A stretch of 63,942 nt of DNA, counting the filler, from Pelomyxa schiedti (lineage: Eukaryota; Protista; Evosea): assembly GCA_020536535.1 (NCBI GenBank). It is 11 parts of 11 records of this genome, joined end to end, with 100 filler letters (N's around TTAATTAATTAA, not from the genome) between each part and the next. Parts side by side here need not be neighbours in the genome. Positions count along the whole stretch, not along the records: positions 34,865 to 37,471 come from JAHLWZ010000504.1; positions 37,572 to 42,123 come from JAHLWZ010001586.1; positions 42,224 to 46,084 come from JAHLWZ010000697.1; positions 46,185 to 57,431 come from JAHLWZ010001242.1; 7 more parts are not named here. The stretch is one strand, 5' to 3'. Shown in pieces: positions 35,698 to 48,364 of the stretch. The notes below the pieces were generated by a model that ran no database searches, was not told the origin of the DNA, and saw only the letters and a list, made by a program, of their open reading frames with translations. Position 1 is the first letter of the stretch. Each line of letters starts with the position of its first letter. The translations under genes were made by a program, and so were the position numbers.

Positions 35698-37143
35698 GAG
35701 AGAGAAAGAGAAGTGGGACCAGACAGTGTCAAGAGAACCACACAGCCAGAGGGTGATGACGTCCGCACCAGTGGCCTCATCTGTCACGTGTATTTCTTTT
35801 CGTTCTAAGGCACAAATGCTGGGGTTGGGTATGTCCCGCACCTGGAAAAGGAGGCCACCCTCAACAAAAGCCTGACTCGTGGTGCACCCACTCAGGCACT
35901 GCTGTTTCCTGACTGGCTCGCTGCCTGTGTTATTCACATCCCACACTGAGTAGCAATTGACAGGGAAGTCGGAATCGTCATCCATGACACAGAACTGTGA
36001 CTGGCTAACCTGTGACACACGCAAATCTGCGAAAGATCTCTCGCTCTCTGGAAATGCTCTTCCCAGTTTGCCAGTTCCCTCCTCAATGGTGATGAAGTAG
36101 CCACCTTTCTTTCTTGCCGCGACGAACTCAAAGAATGTGGGGTCAGTCTCCGCATCATGGCAGCACAGCAAAACGTGGTTCTCATTGATGACTCCCACGA
36201 ACTGAGGAGCACAGATCTTCCACCTTGGGTCAATTTTCACAGCAGTTGGCCTCTCAAAGGGGGTGGTTGTTGCACCACCACCATTTGCGTTTTTCCTCAT
36301 GGGTATTTCAACCACAATCATCTTCATGGAATGCGGGTCGCAACACACAACCCATCTCCCGTTTGTTTCACATCTAACAGAGTCATTACCATCTGGAAAT
36401 TTCACCAGCTGTATCCTCTTGCCTGTTTGCCTGTCCTGCAGCAATAAAAGACCCCTTCCTTTTTGGACAATCAGGTAGTGCAGGCTGGATCCAAGCAGGA
36501 ACTCGCCGCGCCTCGTTGCCCACCACCTCATGTCGTGTGTCAGAGTCATCAGCGCCATCGACACGCCAAACGTGACCATCATCAAGGGAAGGAAGGCGCC
36601 TTCAGTGTGACCAGACCAGGTGACACAATGGAACCTCGAGTTGGCCGTAATCCACTCCCACACCAGCCTCAAAACCAGCGTGGCATCAACGGCTGGTGCT
36701 GCTGCTGCCGCCATTCTGCGCAGCGGGCACGCGGCGCCGCAGCGGGGGTGCAGCCCCGCGCACAGGGCGGCGACCTGGTCCCTCGCGGTCGCCTTCCTCG
36801 TTGTGGTGGTCGACTTTGTTGTCGTCGTTGTTGTGGTCTCTGTTGTTATGGTCGAGGGCGTGCCGTGGAGTCGTGCCCGCGTTTTTTTTGTTGTGGTGGT
36901 CGTGTGGCGGGTGGTTCGCGACACGGACACCGAGGCGACGGTCACCAACCTACCAAACTGCCGTCGATGTTGTTGGTGTTGGTGCTGGTGTTGGTGGTGG
37001 TGGTGTTGGTGTCGGTCGCTGTTGTTGGTGACGAAGGGTTGGAACGGGGTGGACGGTACCCTTTCGTGCAGTGGCGGTGGCTCCCTCTTGTGTTGTCGTT
37101 GTGTGTGTGGTCGGGCTGCTGCGTCTTCGCGGGATGATGCCAT
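35698..37143 (-). CDS. ARxQ/RCG family protein (putative F-box-like + beta-rich domain)
   Basis: ARDQVAALCAGLHPRCGAACPLR; NGRWVV; DEATG; intronless. Confidence 0.8.
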
Positions 37144-37571
37144 TTTCTGATGAAAAAGGTTCTGTTCTCAGTTCGCAGAAAACGCTCTCTGTGAGTGTGG
37201 GTTATACATTCGTGTGTACGAAGAAAACAACAGGGGTGGCGCGCCGACACTTTGCATTGTGGTTTTTTCCCTCCATTCCATTCCATCTTAGAACGGAAAG
37301 AAATACACGTGACAGATGAGGCCACTGGTGCGGACGTCATCACCCTCTGGCTGTGTTATTCACATCCCACACTGAGTAGCAATTGACAGGGAAGTCGGAA
37401 TCGTCATCCATGACACAGAACTGTGACTGGCTAACCTGTGACACACGCAAATCTGCGAAAGATCTCTCGCTNNNNNNNNNNNNNNNNNNNNNNNNNNNNN
37501 NNNNNNNNNNNNNNNTTAATTAATTAANNNNNNNNNNNNNNNNNNNNNNNNNNNNNNNNNNNNNNNNNNNN

Positions 37572-39582
37572 TGGGCTGTTCCCGCTGGTCGCGAGGGCGT
37601 GCGCCCTCGTTGGTCGCATGTTCCCGAGGGTGTCTCGTTATTCCAGGCTCACGTGCGCCGCCTGCGCCCCTGCTCCATCTTGCATCGCGTGGATAAAATC
37701 GCACCTCGGTGCTACAATCTGCACTGATTATGGGAGCTCATTGACCATGGTGATTGCTTCAAGGTAACTTAATAAATTACATCGTAAATGTTGCGTGAAG
37801 TTACATGTAACTATTCCTTTTTTTAAAAAAACACACACCATGATAGGAAGAAGAAAGAGTGTGTTGCAGTTCTGACAGGGCTTCTGTGTGGTGGCCATGT
37901 TGACTTGGCTTCTTCGTTTGTGAATGGCACTCCATCACCTCCAACATCAGCATCATCAACAGCATGGGACAACAGGTGTGGAGTGACATGGCCAGGGGCA
38001 CCAGGATCACCAGAGGATGCTGACATGAGGGAGGACATCAGGGGCTGCAACTGGAAACGCCATTCAAGACTATTATGCTCCAGTGACACGCCAGTTGAGT
38101 CTGTCAAGTGGATAGTTGGGTGGCTTGGAATGAGGCAGCCTTGGGAGCTGCGTCCAATTGCAGAGGCAGCAATTGTGTCGGGGAATGTGCAGGTGACACG
38201 GTGGCTATTTGGCGAGTTCAGGCTGGGACACGTTTTGGGTGGCTTTGCAGATCTGTGTGCACTGAGCAAGAACCCAGTTATGCTGAAATTGTGGCTGGAG
38301 ACCTTCCCGTCTCCACCAGAAAATGACAAGAAATTCTTGCTCAGCACCTTGGTGTGCAATGAATTCAGTTCTGTTGAGCTCTGCCAGTGGGTGCAAAAGC
38401 GGTTGGAAATACCAAGTAAGAACTGTGATGGCTTGTACCTGGACCTCCCATGCAACCCACAGTGCTTGAAATGGGCGTGTGAAGAGTTTTCCATTCCACC
38501 TAACACAGCCATGTTGTACCACATTTCTCGTCATTGCCGTTACCCACTTGAGGTTGTCAAGTGGCTGGTGAAAGAGAAATCAGTCAAACCAACCTGGGAA
38601 GCCTGTCTCTGTGCATGCAACTGCATGACAGATAACGTGGAGCTTGTGAAGTGGTTGGCCAAGAGAGTGGCACTCTCACCTCCTCACTATAGGGAGTTAC
38701 TGGTGAGGGCATTGGCATGCAGCAACACACGGATTGCAGATTGGCTTGAGGGCACTTTCCATGTGTTGCGTGTTGTGAATACTCCTGCTGCAGCTGATTC
38801 CTTGTTCTGTGATGTACTCTGCAGGGTGTCCTGTGATTCAAGTTTGAATGGTGTGAAGTGGCTACTGCAGCATGTGGATGTGAATCGAATCCCACAGAAA
38901 GCAGCCAAAGAAGGAATCCTTGCAACATGGAACATGGATGCAATCTTCTTTATTCTGAAGGCCACATTTCTCTCCAGGACAACCCAGAAGTTCGGTGCCA
39001 TACCCTTGACACAGCTTTGTTCTATTACTCTATTTATGATGTGAGGCGCCTTCAAAGCCTTGTAACACTGTCAGCTGATGATCTAAGGTGCACAAATATG
39101 GATTCAGCAACATCCAGCAAGAATGTCAAGTGGCTTGTGTCACAGCTTGGAGTGGATTCCATCAGGAAACTAGGCATCCACACTCGAATTCTTGATGGTC
39201 AAATTGACAGGGATAAGCCACACTGCTTGATCTGGTTGATTGAAATGTTTGGGCTCCAGCTTTGTCAGGTGAATTTCCCCCCGCCCCCTCCTTTCCGATT
39301 TCTCACCCAAAAATACACAAACAAAAGATTCTGGAAGTGCCATTGCCCTGGAACATTGGGCTCAACACATGGAAGCTGGTCATCAACAAGTTCTCTCCAG
39401 GACCGGAAGAAGTCAGGCTCGAGAAAGACAACGTATTCATGAAAGTGGCCACTTCTCTTCCATGCATTGCAGAGTGGAGCATCGCCAGGTTCTCACTGTC
39501 CCACAATGAGGTCACGCAATACATCCGTGATTCCACTTATGTTCCTCATCTCATGAAACTGTGGCTATCCAATCTTCCCTGA
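37572..39582 (+). pseudogene. Ankyrin-like helical repeat protein (xxKWL repeats), frameshifted
   Basis: Recurring GNVQVTRWL/LEVVKWLV/VELVKWL/IADWL; frameshift near 38960; stops in 5' part. Confidence 0.6.
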
Positions 39583-39777
39583 CAGACCAAAAGAGCGTAC
39601 TAGTACGTTTTTTTTTGCATTCCCTTGATACACAAAACAAACACCAAAACTAACCAAGCTGGAGCACCCTACGATGCTACCACAACGCCTTTGTCTTAGT
39701 TATTTAACTAAGACATTCATTCTCTCTGCACTAAAAATGATGAACACCTCATTTCCGATAATACAAGTCTGAAGGCC

Positions 39778-41088
39778 ATGGGGCAAACCCTCCGTTTCAA
39801 TTCCAAATCAATAGCCACCAACACGCCAACATCACAAAGAAGCATGGTTATGACAACCGCCAAGTCACAGGTACTGGCCGTCTGCTGTGCCGCCTGTGCG
39901 TCTGCCGTGGGTCTGAAACCTGAACGCTATTCCTATGCAACAGCAGGACAAAAAACGCCGAAACCGCCGTCACTGCCACCACCAGCACCAGCCTTGGTGC
40001 AGTGGGTCAAATCGCCAGCGATGTTCAGGAGCTGGGCTGAGGACTGGGTTCTCAGGCCAGAGTCTGATGCTGTGTTCAGGCTGTCGGATTCCTGCTACGC
40101 ATGTACATGCGTGTGCGTGAGTGTGTCACCGACGCTTGGTGTTGTGTGCCACTCGTACTTCAGATTGGCAAGTGACACATATTGCTGCTGTGTTGGGTCA
40201 ATTGGTCCAGGAATGGTCGTGTTGAAGTCACTGACCAGCGTTGATCACGAGCTGTACAGCTACTACAATTATGGGATACTTGATGTAGCCCAACAACAAC
40301 AACGGAATGGTGTTGTTGGAGGGTATACAATGCTTGGCCCAGGTTGGAAAGCAGTGCAACACTTGAAGTGCAACAGAAACTGGATTGTGGGTAATTCTTG
40401 GGGTGAGCTTTTCATCTTGAAAGTAGTTTCTGGTCATCCTGCTGGAAAAGTAATCTCTCTCAATCTTGAAGGGGCCTGTGTATTGAGGTTGCTCCATCCA
40501 ATTCAGTTCTCACAGTCTAGTGTTGATGACATTTTCTACTTTGCCTGTGAAGCTTTCCATGACAAATACATTGTGATTGTTGACTTGAATGCAACTTCTC
40601 AGACAATGGAGCTGGTGGTAAAATCAAAGTTTTTCCTTGGCACCCTCTTTCCCAAACAAGTAATGGGTATTCAACAGTTTAGTGATGGCACTCTGTGTGA
40701 ACTGGATTTAGAAGACAGCTCCTACACTCTGAGAGACATAACAAATGGCAATCTCAGGGCCACCTTCCCACACGCACAGAAAGTGACCACACTGGACCAG
40801 AATCATGTGCTTGTTTGCAATTCTTCTTCAAATAAAGTGACCAGCTTCTCGGTTTATCACACTGGCGACTTGTTGTCTTCACATTTGGTGGAATCCCTTT
40901 CTGTTCCCTCCTGCACTTGGGTCGGACCAAGCCTTGATCTTTCCACCCTCGTACTTTCCACTGCCACTGATGATGATTCCACAAACTACAGTTACGACAT
41001 CAAGTTGTCACTTCATGATGGGGCCACAGGATTCCACATTGGTGTGTTCACTCTTCCCCAGATGATCCCCCCTGTACAATTTTTTTGA
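39778..41088 (+). CDS. ARxQ/RCG family protein
   Basis: AKSQVLA, VSPTLGVV, CNRNWIV, IVDL, HDGATG; intronless 436 aa. Confidence 0.85.
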   Translation: MGQTLRFNSKSIATNTPTSQRSMVMTTAKSQVLAVCCAACASAVGLKPERYSYATAGQKTPKPPSLPPPAPALVQWVKSPAMFRSWAEDWVLRPESDAVFRLSDSCYACTCVCVSVSPTLGVVCHSYFRLASDTYCCCVGSIGPGMVVLKSLTSVDHELYSYYNYGILDVAQQQQRNGVVGGYTMLGPGWKAVQHLKCNRNWIVGNSWGELFILKVVSGHPAGKVISLNLEGACVLRLLHPIQFSQSSVDDIFYFACEAFHDKYIVIVDLNATSQTMELVVKSKFFLGTLFPKQVMGIQQFSDGTLCELDLEDSSYTLRDITNGNLRATFPHAQKVTTLDQNHVLVCNSSSNKVTSFSVYHTGDLLSSHLVESLSVPSCTWVGPSLDLSTLVLSTATDDDSTNYSYDIKLSLHDGATGFHIGVFTLPQMIPPVQFF

Positions 41089-41210
41089 TGAGAAGAACCA
41101 TTCCATTTTTTCATTGAAAAACTAACGGTGCTAAACAAAAGTACTCCTCATAACCATCGCCGTCATTATTATTGCCCATTTCCGACAATACAAGTAAAGT
41201 GAATGTGGTG

Positions 41211-42123
41211 ATGGGGCAAACCCTCCGTTTCAATTCCAAATCAATAGGCAACACACCAACCTCATTCTCATCACAAAAAAGCATGGTTATGACAACTGCC
41301 AAGTCACAGGTACTTGCTGTCTGCTGTGCCGTGGGTCTGAAACCTGAACACTCTTTTGCTGCTGCTGCTGCTGCTGCAGAACCACCATCAGTATCTACAT
41401 CATTACTACCATCGGCCTTGGTGCAGTGGATCAAATCGCCAGCGATGTTCAGGAGTTGGGCTGAGGATTGGGTTCTCAGGCCCGAGTCTGATGCTGTGTT
41501 CAGGCTGCCACAGGATTCCTGTGGTGAGTGTTCATACATGTGCGTGAGTGTGTCACCGACGCTTGGCGTTGTGTGCCACTCTTTTTTCAGATTGGCAAGT
41601 GACACACTTTGCTGCTGCGTGGGAGTGATTGGCCCAGGAACGGTTGTGGTCCAGTCACTGGCCAGAGTTGATCACGATCTGTGCAGCTACTACAATTATG
41701 GGATACTCGATGTAGGTGATGTGGCACAACAGAAACAACTGAAGCATGGCGTTGAGGGAGCTACAATGCTTGGAGCGAGTTGGGAGGCTGTGGAACAGTT
41801 GAAGTGCAGCAGAAACTGGATTGTGGGTCATTCTTGGTCTGGGCTTTTCATCTTGAAAGTAGCTTCTGGTCGTCCTGCTGGAAAGGTAATCTCTCTCAAT
41901 CTTACTGCAATTGAAAAGTCATGTGGATTGAGGCTGCTCCGCCCAAGTCAGTTCTCACAGTCTAGTGTTGATGATATTTTCTACTTTGCCTGTGAAGGTT
42001 TTCATGGCAGACGCATTGTGATTGTTGACTTGAATGCAACTTCTCAGACAATGGAGCTGGTGGTAAAATCAAAGTTTTTCCTCTGCAATACACTCTTTCC
42101 CAAACTAGAACTGGGTATTCAAG
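41211..42123 (+). CDS. ARxQ/RCG family protein, tandem paralog, 3' truncated
   Basis: High similarity to 39778-41088. Confidence 0.85.
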
Positions 42124-42748
42124 NNNNNNNNNNNNNNNNNNNNNNNNNNNNNNNNNNNNNNNNNNNNTTAATTAATTAANNNNNNNNNNNNNNNNNNNNN
42201 NNNNNNNNNNNNNNNNNNNNNNNGGATTGGCTCAATGCCAACTACACCAGCACAGCACCACAACAGTGAGAGTAGCATCAGCAGTGACAGCAGCAACCGC
42301 AGCACAAGCCCTATACTCTCAAAAGCAAACAGCAAAAAGGGATTGTCAATTGAAGACAGCACATGGCACCAGTCCAATTAACAAACAACAAAAAACAAAA
42401 ATACACCCACAGGACCATACAGATGTAACCTTCACCAAATAACAACACACAACCACCCACAATTTGTACAAACAAATCCCACACCACATCACTTCAAATT
42501 GAGAGGATAAAATAATCTTCGAAACTCGAATCTTCGTCTTTACCCGAATCAGATCTTGCACCGATCGTCAATAAACCAAACGGTAGGCAGGCAGATGAAG
42601 GTGGAGTTGGGCGGGTCCAGTAGATCTGAGGATGTTGTAGTTGGCGACGACCCCAACGAGGCGACACACCTAGGTGTGTTTGGGTTTCTTTTTTCCCCCC
42701 TCTTTGTCGTTATCTGACGAGCGGGCATGCACAGGAGACGATGATGGG

Positions 42749-45747
42749 ATGAGTAACAAGGGTAGTTCAGGAGGGCAGTATTCGCCACGAAGTGGGGTTG
42801 GTTGTTGTGGGGTCATTGTGTTGGCTATCTTTGTGTTGAGTACTGCTGCTTCCTTGTGGTATAAAAACGGAGTACATGTGCGCACATACCATCAATGTAG
42901 TAGTTTTTTTTTTTTTATTTTTATTTTTTTTCTATTTTCCTTAAAAAAATCCTGAAAGAATTTGTCATTTGACTCTCCAACACACAGGATAGCTACTGGA
43001 GTGATACTGAAATCCTTGAAATACAAAATAGTTGTGATGCAATTCTCCCACCCCCCTCACAACCATACATCCCACAAAGAAGAGTTTTGTATCTAACGAT
43101 TGATGGAATTCCGTAAGTTTCCCTCATGCAAAACTCAACTAATTGCTTTGACAGCTGGAAGATACTGCAACAAGACAATGTCCTTCATCAACTCATCTNN
43201 NNNNNNNNNNNNNNNNNNNNNNNNNNNNNNNNNNNNNNNNNNNNNNNNNNNNNNNNNNNNNNNNNNNNNNNNNNNNNNNNNNNNNNNNNNNNNNNNNNAG
43301 AAGAGTTTTGTATCTAACGATTGATGGAATTCCGTAAGTTTCCCTCATGCAAAACTCAACTAATTGCTTTGACAGCTGGAAGATACTGCAACAAGACAAT
43401 GTCCTTCATCAACTCATCTACAATTCCAGTTTTACTGAAGATTTGAAAGTATCACAGATGCAATCAATCGTTCCTAGTGATAGTGATGGTTCTTGGGTTA
43501 CCATGTTCACTGGAATGAATCCTGATTTTTTTGGGTATCTGCAATTCTGAATCTTTTCGTCTTACATTATGCGTAGCAATGTTGGAAATGGAGAGCGCCC
43601 TTTCAGTGAAGATAGTGTGGTTCGCATTGCTGAAGCAGCTGGATTATCACGTGCAGTGATTGGTGACAAGGAATTTTTTTGGAGACATCTAATTCCAGGC
43701 AGGAAATAGAATATGGCCGGTCACCCAAAATCTTGAACCGTTTGATGGTAAGTATCTACTCAATTGGTAACTTCTTAAGAATGAAGGATATGGATATGTG
43801 GGGGTCAATGAAGTTGGTCTTACGCGCACCCGTCTGGATGCTGCCACTGGCAAGGTATTTATCCCCCCTATTCATGTTATTGAGCTGTGCCCACCAGGTA
43901 ATTGTAAGTGCTCTCAGTGAAGAGGATGACCCTTTGTTTCTCATGTTTTCGGTGGTAGCTGATACCGATGCTACTGCGCACGCTCATGGCACAAACTCAC
44001 CAGAGTACTATTATTTTTCTATCTTTTGCCATGGACATTTGACCCATGACCTCCGCAGGTATCAAAGTTCTTTGTCGAACATCACAACCATTTTGGAAAG
44101 TATTTTGACTGTAGCAGATAACACTACTGTTCTTATCATCGCTGCTGACCATGGACACATACCTGCTGGAGGACATGGGGCTAGCGAGAAATGTTTTACT
44201 TCTGACCTTCTTCCCAAATTCTTACACAAATCAGGGGTGAGGCAAGTACCTATTATCACCTACTGCAAAGATTCTGGAATAAGTAGATGGGATTATTTGG
44301 GTCCCAATTACTCCGAGAGAGAAATTAGTGTTGTTGATTTGGCTGCATCCATAACTTCACTTGTGGGATTGAGCCCACCAGCGCTTTCCCAGGGTATTTG
44401 GGTTATTTCTAATATCCACTTTGTAAACTAAGGTATCCCCCAGGGGTCTTTGTGAATCATGTGCTTGCTTTTTTAAATGAATCTGAATCTCGAGTTTCCT
44501 TTCAAAAATTATGGAAGCAAAAACAGAAGTTGGAAATCTTTCTCGCCACTTTTCCTAACTGGCTTTCAGTTACTATCGCTTCTATAGCCGAAGAGCTGGT
44601 ACAGAAGAAGAAAATGTGGCTCTATCCCAAACTGACGTACCCTTTGAGCAAGGATACGAAAATCAAGGTATCAAGCGAGCCTTTTTTTTCAATTTCTGAG
44701 CTATACTCAGCTGCCGCACAGTGGTACACAACTGAAATACTTTCTCTCGATGCAATTTTTATAGCTATAAGAACTTCAGAGAAGCACTTTCAACTTGCAG
44801 TGAGCGTTTGCCTGTCTGGGCTATTCTCTCTTGGATTATTTACCGGATTTATACTAGTATTGGTGTATTCCACACCAGTTGACTTACTATCTCTGGCACA
44901 CACAACGAGGAATAGTGTAAGAATTTTCCGTTTTTGATTAATTCTGAGCCCCTAAAGAAATGCAATCGCTTGGCTTTGCTACTTGCTTTTCTATGCTGGA
45001 CCGCATTTCTCGGTCTTGCATTTTTGGTATTTTTCCTAACTTGGAGATATTGCTTTTCTCCATGGGGAGATTCATACGAGCACTGGGACTGGTCAATATC
45101 CCTCTTCAATACTACTGACTACTGCATGAAAATGCTTGGTTTGTCTTCTGTGGGTTTGATGTGACTCACACCCTTTCAGTGCTCACAATGATTTCGTCAG
45201 CTTCTGTGGCACTGGTGGTGTACCAGGAAATGTGCCGTATCTCTCAGTCCGAACCCGGCTTATTCTATCTATTTCGAAACTACACCCTGCTCCTATCTGT
45301 ATTTGTAATGCTGCTTTTACTCACTCTCGCCGGTTCTGGCCACGCATATTTTGCTAGCCTATACGTAGTCAAGTACATTGATCCTGATACATTTGACTTC
45401 CAGGTAGCTTCTCTCCTCCACTATGTTCTGACTGAGTAACTGTTCCTCAGTTCCGCATAGATTGTACTGGTATTATGGTTGGCCCGCTCTGCGTGTTAGT
45501 ACAACTGGGACAAATATTCTTTAGAGACAACGAGGTTTCGCACCACTCTCTATGGGCAATGAAGCTCTCACAACTATCACCACTGAAGAAATGCCACAGC
45601 CACAACACACAACATCAACTCAATAACCCCAGCAAAGCACTATCATTCGCCCACAGCCTAGGCACCGCACTACTGAAGGTGTTTGTGAGCTGGGCTGCAG
45701 AGCCAAAGCCAGCCCCAACAGCTCCCCAACTCCTGGATACACACTAA
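42749..45747 (+). CDS. Alkaline-phosphatase-superfamily membrane enzyme (PIG-O/PIG-G-like phosphotransferase)
   Basis: N-terminal TM; LTIDG, TMFTG, DTDATAH.HG, ADHGH..GGHG, DLAAS; multiple C-terminal TM helices; short introns. Confidence 0.7.
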
Positions 45748-45766
45748 CGAAGCAAACAAAAAAGAA

Positions 45767-45848
45767 TGCAGGCAGTGGGGTTCGAACCCACGCATCTCAC
45801 GATAGCTGAGCTTAAATCAGCCGCCTTAGACCTCTCGGCCATACCTGC
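45767..45848 (-). tRNA. tRNA-Leu (anticodon TAA)
   Basis: 82-nt cloverleaf, GCTGA-TTTAAGC-TCAGC anticodon arm, long variable arm, GTTCGAA, downstream oligo-T. Confidence 0.95.
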
Positions 45849-45949
45849 TTGAATAGTCAGTTTGGAAAGCTGCAAACTACCCGCCGAATCCTCTACAAAT
45901 AGTTGAGATCACTTAAAGCCGGAACAGAAAGAGAAGCGAGTTTCTGAAA

Positions 45950-46031
45950 GCGTCGGTGGCGGAGTTGGTCTAACGCGGTGCACTCAAGATGCATTTCCTT
46001 TGGAGCCTGGGTTCGAATCCCAGCCGGCGCA
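45950..46031 (+). tRNA. tRNA-Leu (anticodon CAA)
   Basis: 82-nt cloverleaf, GTGCA-CTCAAGA-TGCAT, GTTCGAATC, downstream TTTTTT. Confidence 0.95.
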
Positions 46032-46184
46032 GTCTTTTTTACAGAAAGAGATCAACACAAAACCAGAGAAGGCTGTTAACAGTANNNNNNNNNNNNNNNN
46101 NNNNNNNNNNNNNNNNNNNNNNNNNNNNTTAATTAATTAANNNNNNNNNNNNNNNNNNNNNNNNNNNNNNNNNNNNNNNNNNNN

Positions 46185-46653
46185 GAGCATTTTGCTCCCG
46201 CACCCAAATCCCTTTGACTTGGTTTGGTCTTCACCAAGCACAATCCTCACTCTGCACAGATATGACAGTGGTGATGATGAGTGGAGCCTTTACAATGACA
46301 GTAGTAGTGATGATGGGTGGAGCGTTTACAACAGAATGACAGGGGAACTGCACACGTTCCTTTCAGTGAGTTACCATGCACCTTCTGTTTCAGCTGAGCA
46401 CATCGTTTGGAGGAGGAAGTTTGAGGCGATGTGCGAGGTGTATCATGCCTCCGACGTCAGTCAGCCCGTGCACCAGTACCAAATCAACACCCAAGAAAAT
46501 TCTGGTTCCTCATCAAACGAAGTGTATGTTGGTGGAACATACACCATGGACATGATGGAGTCACCAACACACAACACTGTTTCAACAACCCTCATCCATG
46601 ATGAAATAACAGGTACACCTCTGACATTACTCATGGTTGAGGCACATCACTGA
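46185..46653 (+). CDS. ARxQ/RCG family protein, C-terminal part
   Basis: PHPNPFDLVW..P.T.LTLH and HDEITG shared with 50930-52249. Confidence 0.75.
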
Positions 46654-46839
46654 AGTTTCGTTGACACCACGTCAAACAACAACAAAACAGATAGATGGTG
46701 ATGTATTCTGATTTTTTTGTGTTTTTTTCAAGTGGATTTATGGTGAGTGGCTCCACAAGTAACTCAAAACATCACAATTCAATTGGATTACTGAGGGTCC
46801 AGTGCACTGAAATGTGGCCTTTGCAACACATCACTCACT

Positions 46840-47447
46840 GACTGAGAGACTGACCTGCTGAGTCAGCACTCGGACCTGACATCTTAGGAAATCAAGTTCG
46901 CGGAAATCTACCTGATTGTATCGTGCTTCTTCTGACATGTCCAAGCCCTGCTGCCGTTATCAGCGAGACCCCCTGCAACAGAATCAAAATGTTTCCTCTT
47001 TAAGAGAAGTATCTGTTGCTGTCAGGCAGGAATACAACACCTCCACCCAACACGGTATTACCACCTGCTGCATTCATGATGCCATCACTTGCACACCACT
47101 AGCAATGCTCAGTATTATGAGCAATACACCCTAAGTCCACACCACACTGCCCCACAGGCAAGTAACCGTTCGCGAGTTGTGTGTTCTTCTGTGGGATGTG
47201 TAGTTTGTTGTGTGATGGTGAAGCAGAGAACAAGGACAAGATCAAGAAAGGATTCTATTATTTGTTCTGTTTGTTGTTTGTTTTGATTTATGAGGTTTGG
47301 GTCGTGATTCTAAGGTCGGAGTGTGTCGGGCTTATAAGGACTCGAAAACGACTTGAAATCGAGGTGAACGATCAGGTAGATTTCCGCGAACTTGATTTCC
47401 TAAGATGTCAGGTCCGAGTGCTGACTCAGCAGGTCAGTCTCTCAGTC
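46840..47447. repeat. Perfect 77-bp inverted repeat (46840-46916 / 47371-47447)
   Basis: Direct reverse-complement comparison. Confidence 0.95.
46916..47134 (+). pseudogene. ARxQ/RCG family C-terminal fragment
   Basis: LYRASSDMSKP...IHDAITCTPLA. Confidence 0.7.
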
Positions 47448-48288
47448 TCGGTGTTCGTGCTTGTGCTCGCAGAGAGTTTGCTTGTGTATTCTACAGAATC
47501 ACACAGTTGTGGTGATCAGCTTGCTATTGTCGCCACCAAAGTACTTGCACAACGCGATTGGGAGAGCCACTTGGCTGCGCAAAACACTCTCCTTGGCCTC
47601 CTGCAGCAACACTCTTCTCCAGATCAACAAACAAAATGAGGCCCCGCTGCAGCCAATCCACCCATATTGTGTCTCCCACAAAAACCAGCTGATCACCACA
47701 AGGCTCAAATGGAGAGAACCTCGCGCCAAACCCACCAATTGGAACCTTGCGTTCCACAGCAACGCCGTTGCGCGACACAGGCACGCTGTGTCTCATCCTC
47801 CACACCACGAGGTTTTTCACTGCGTCGAACCTCACAAGCCACTTGCAGTTGCTTCTCCAAAAGAGGCCCGACTCACCACCAACCGTTGCCACCGCGTTCC
47901 CCCGGCCGTCGACAACACGTGAGCCCCCCCAGGAGTCACACAAGAAATTGCCATCACCCATCCTCCCCTCGATGTATCCAAACGTCATGCCGTGGCTGTC
48001 TCTGTTGTCCAGGGACAGGCACCACACCACGCCGAGCGTCGAACTCAAACCAATGAAAACGCGAACCTGGACTGTCTGCGCCCCAATGGCCACGGTGACG
48101 GTTGTGCCCAGATTCCTGCAGCAGCCGACGACCCAGTCGCGGCCGAACGACTCGCACAGCTCCCGATTGTGGGACAGAGTCTTGGCCGCGCTCCAAACAC
48201 CGCACCTATTGATCCTCGAACTCGCAAACGCGACAAACTGCGATCGTGCGTCAATTATGGGTTCGATTGTGTGCCGTTGGCTTGCCAT
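47300..48288 (-). pseudogene. ARxQ/RCG family member, degenerate 3' half
   Basis: IDARSQFVAFA..NRCG, SSTLGVV, SNCKWLV, FVDLEKS, then frameshifts and stops. Confidence 0.8.
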
Positions 48289-48364
48289 CTTTTCAAAAAA
48301 ACCTGATTCTTCCGCGAATGGGTGTAAAAGTTAATGGTGTTGCAAAACCATCAGTGTGAGTTGG

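Noticed and set aside
43660-43750. Apparent premature stop or non-canonical intron in the phosphotransferase gene
   Set aside because: A canonical GTGACAAG...CTAATTCCAGGCAG intron restores the frame
46840-47447. MITE or DNA transposon
   Set aside because: No target-site duplication, and the interior is a host gene fragment
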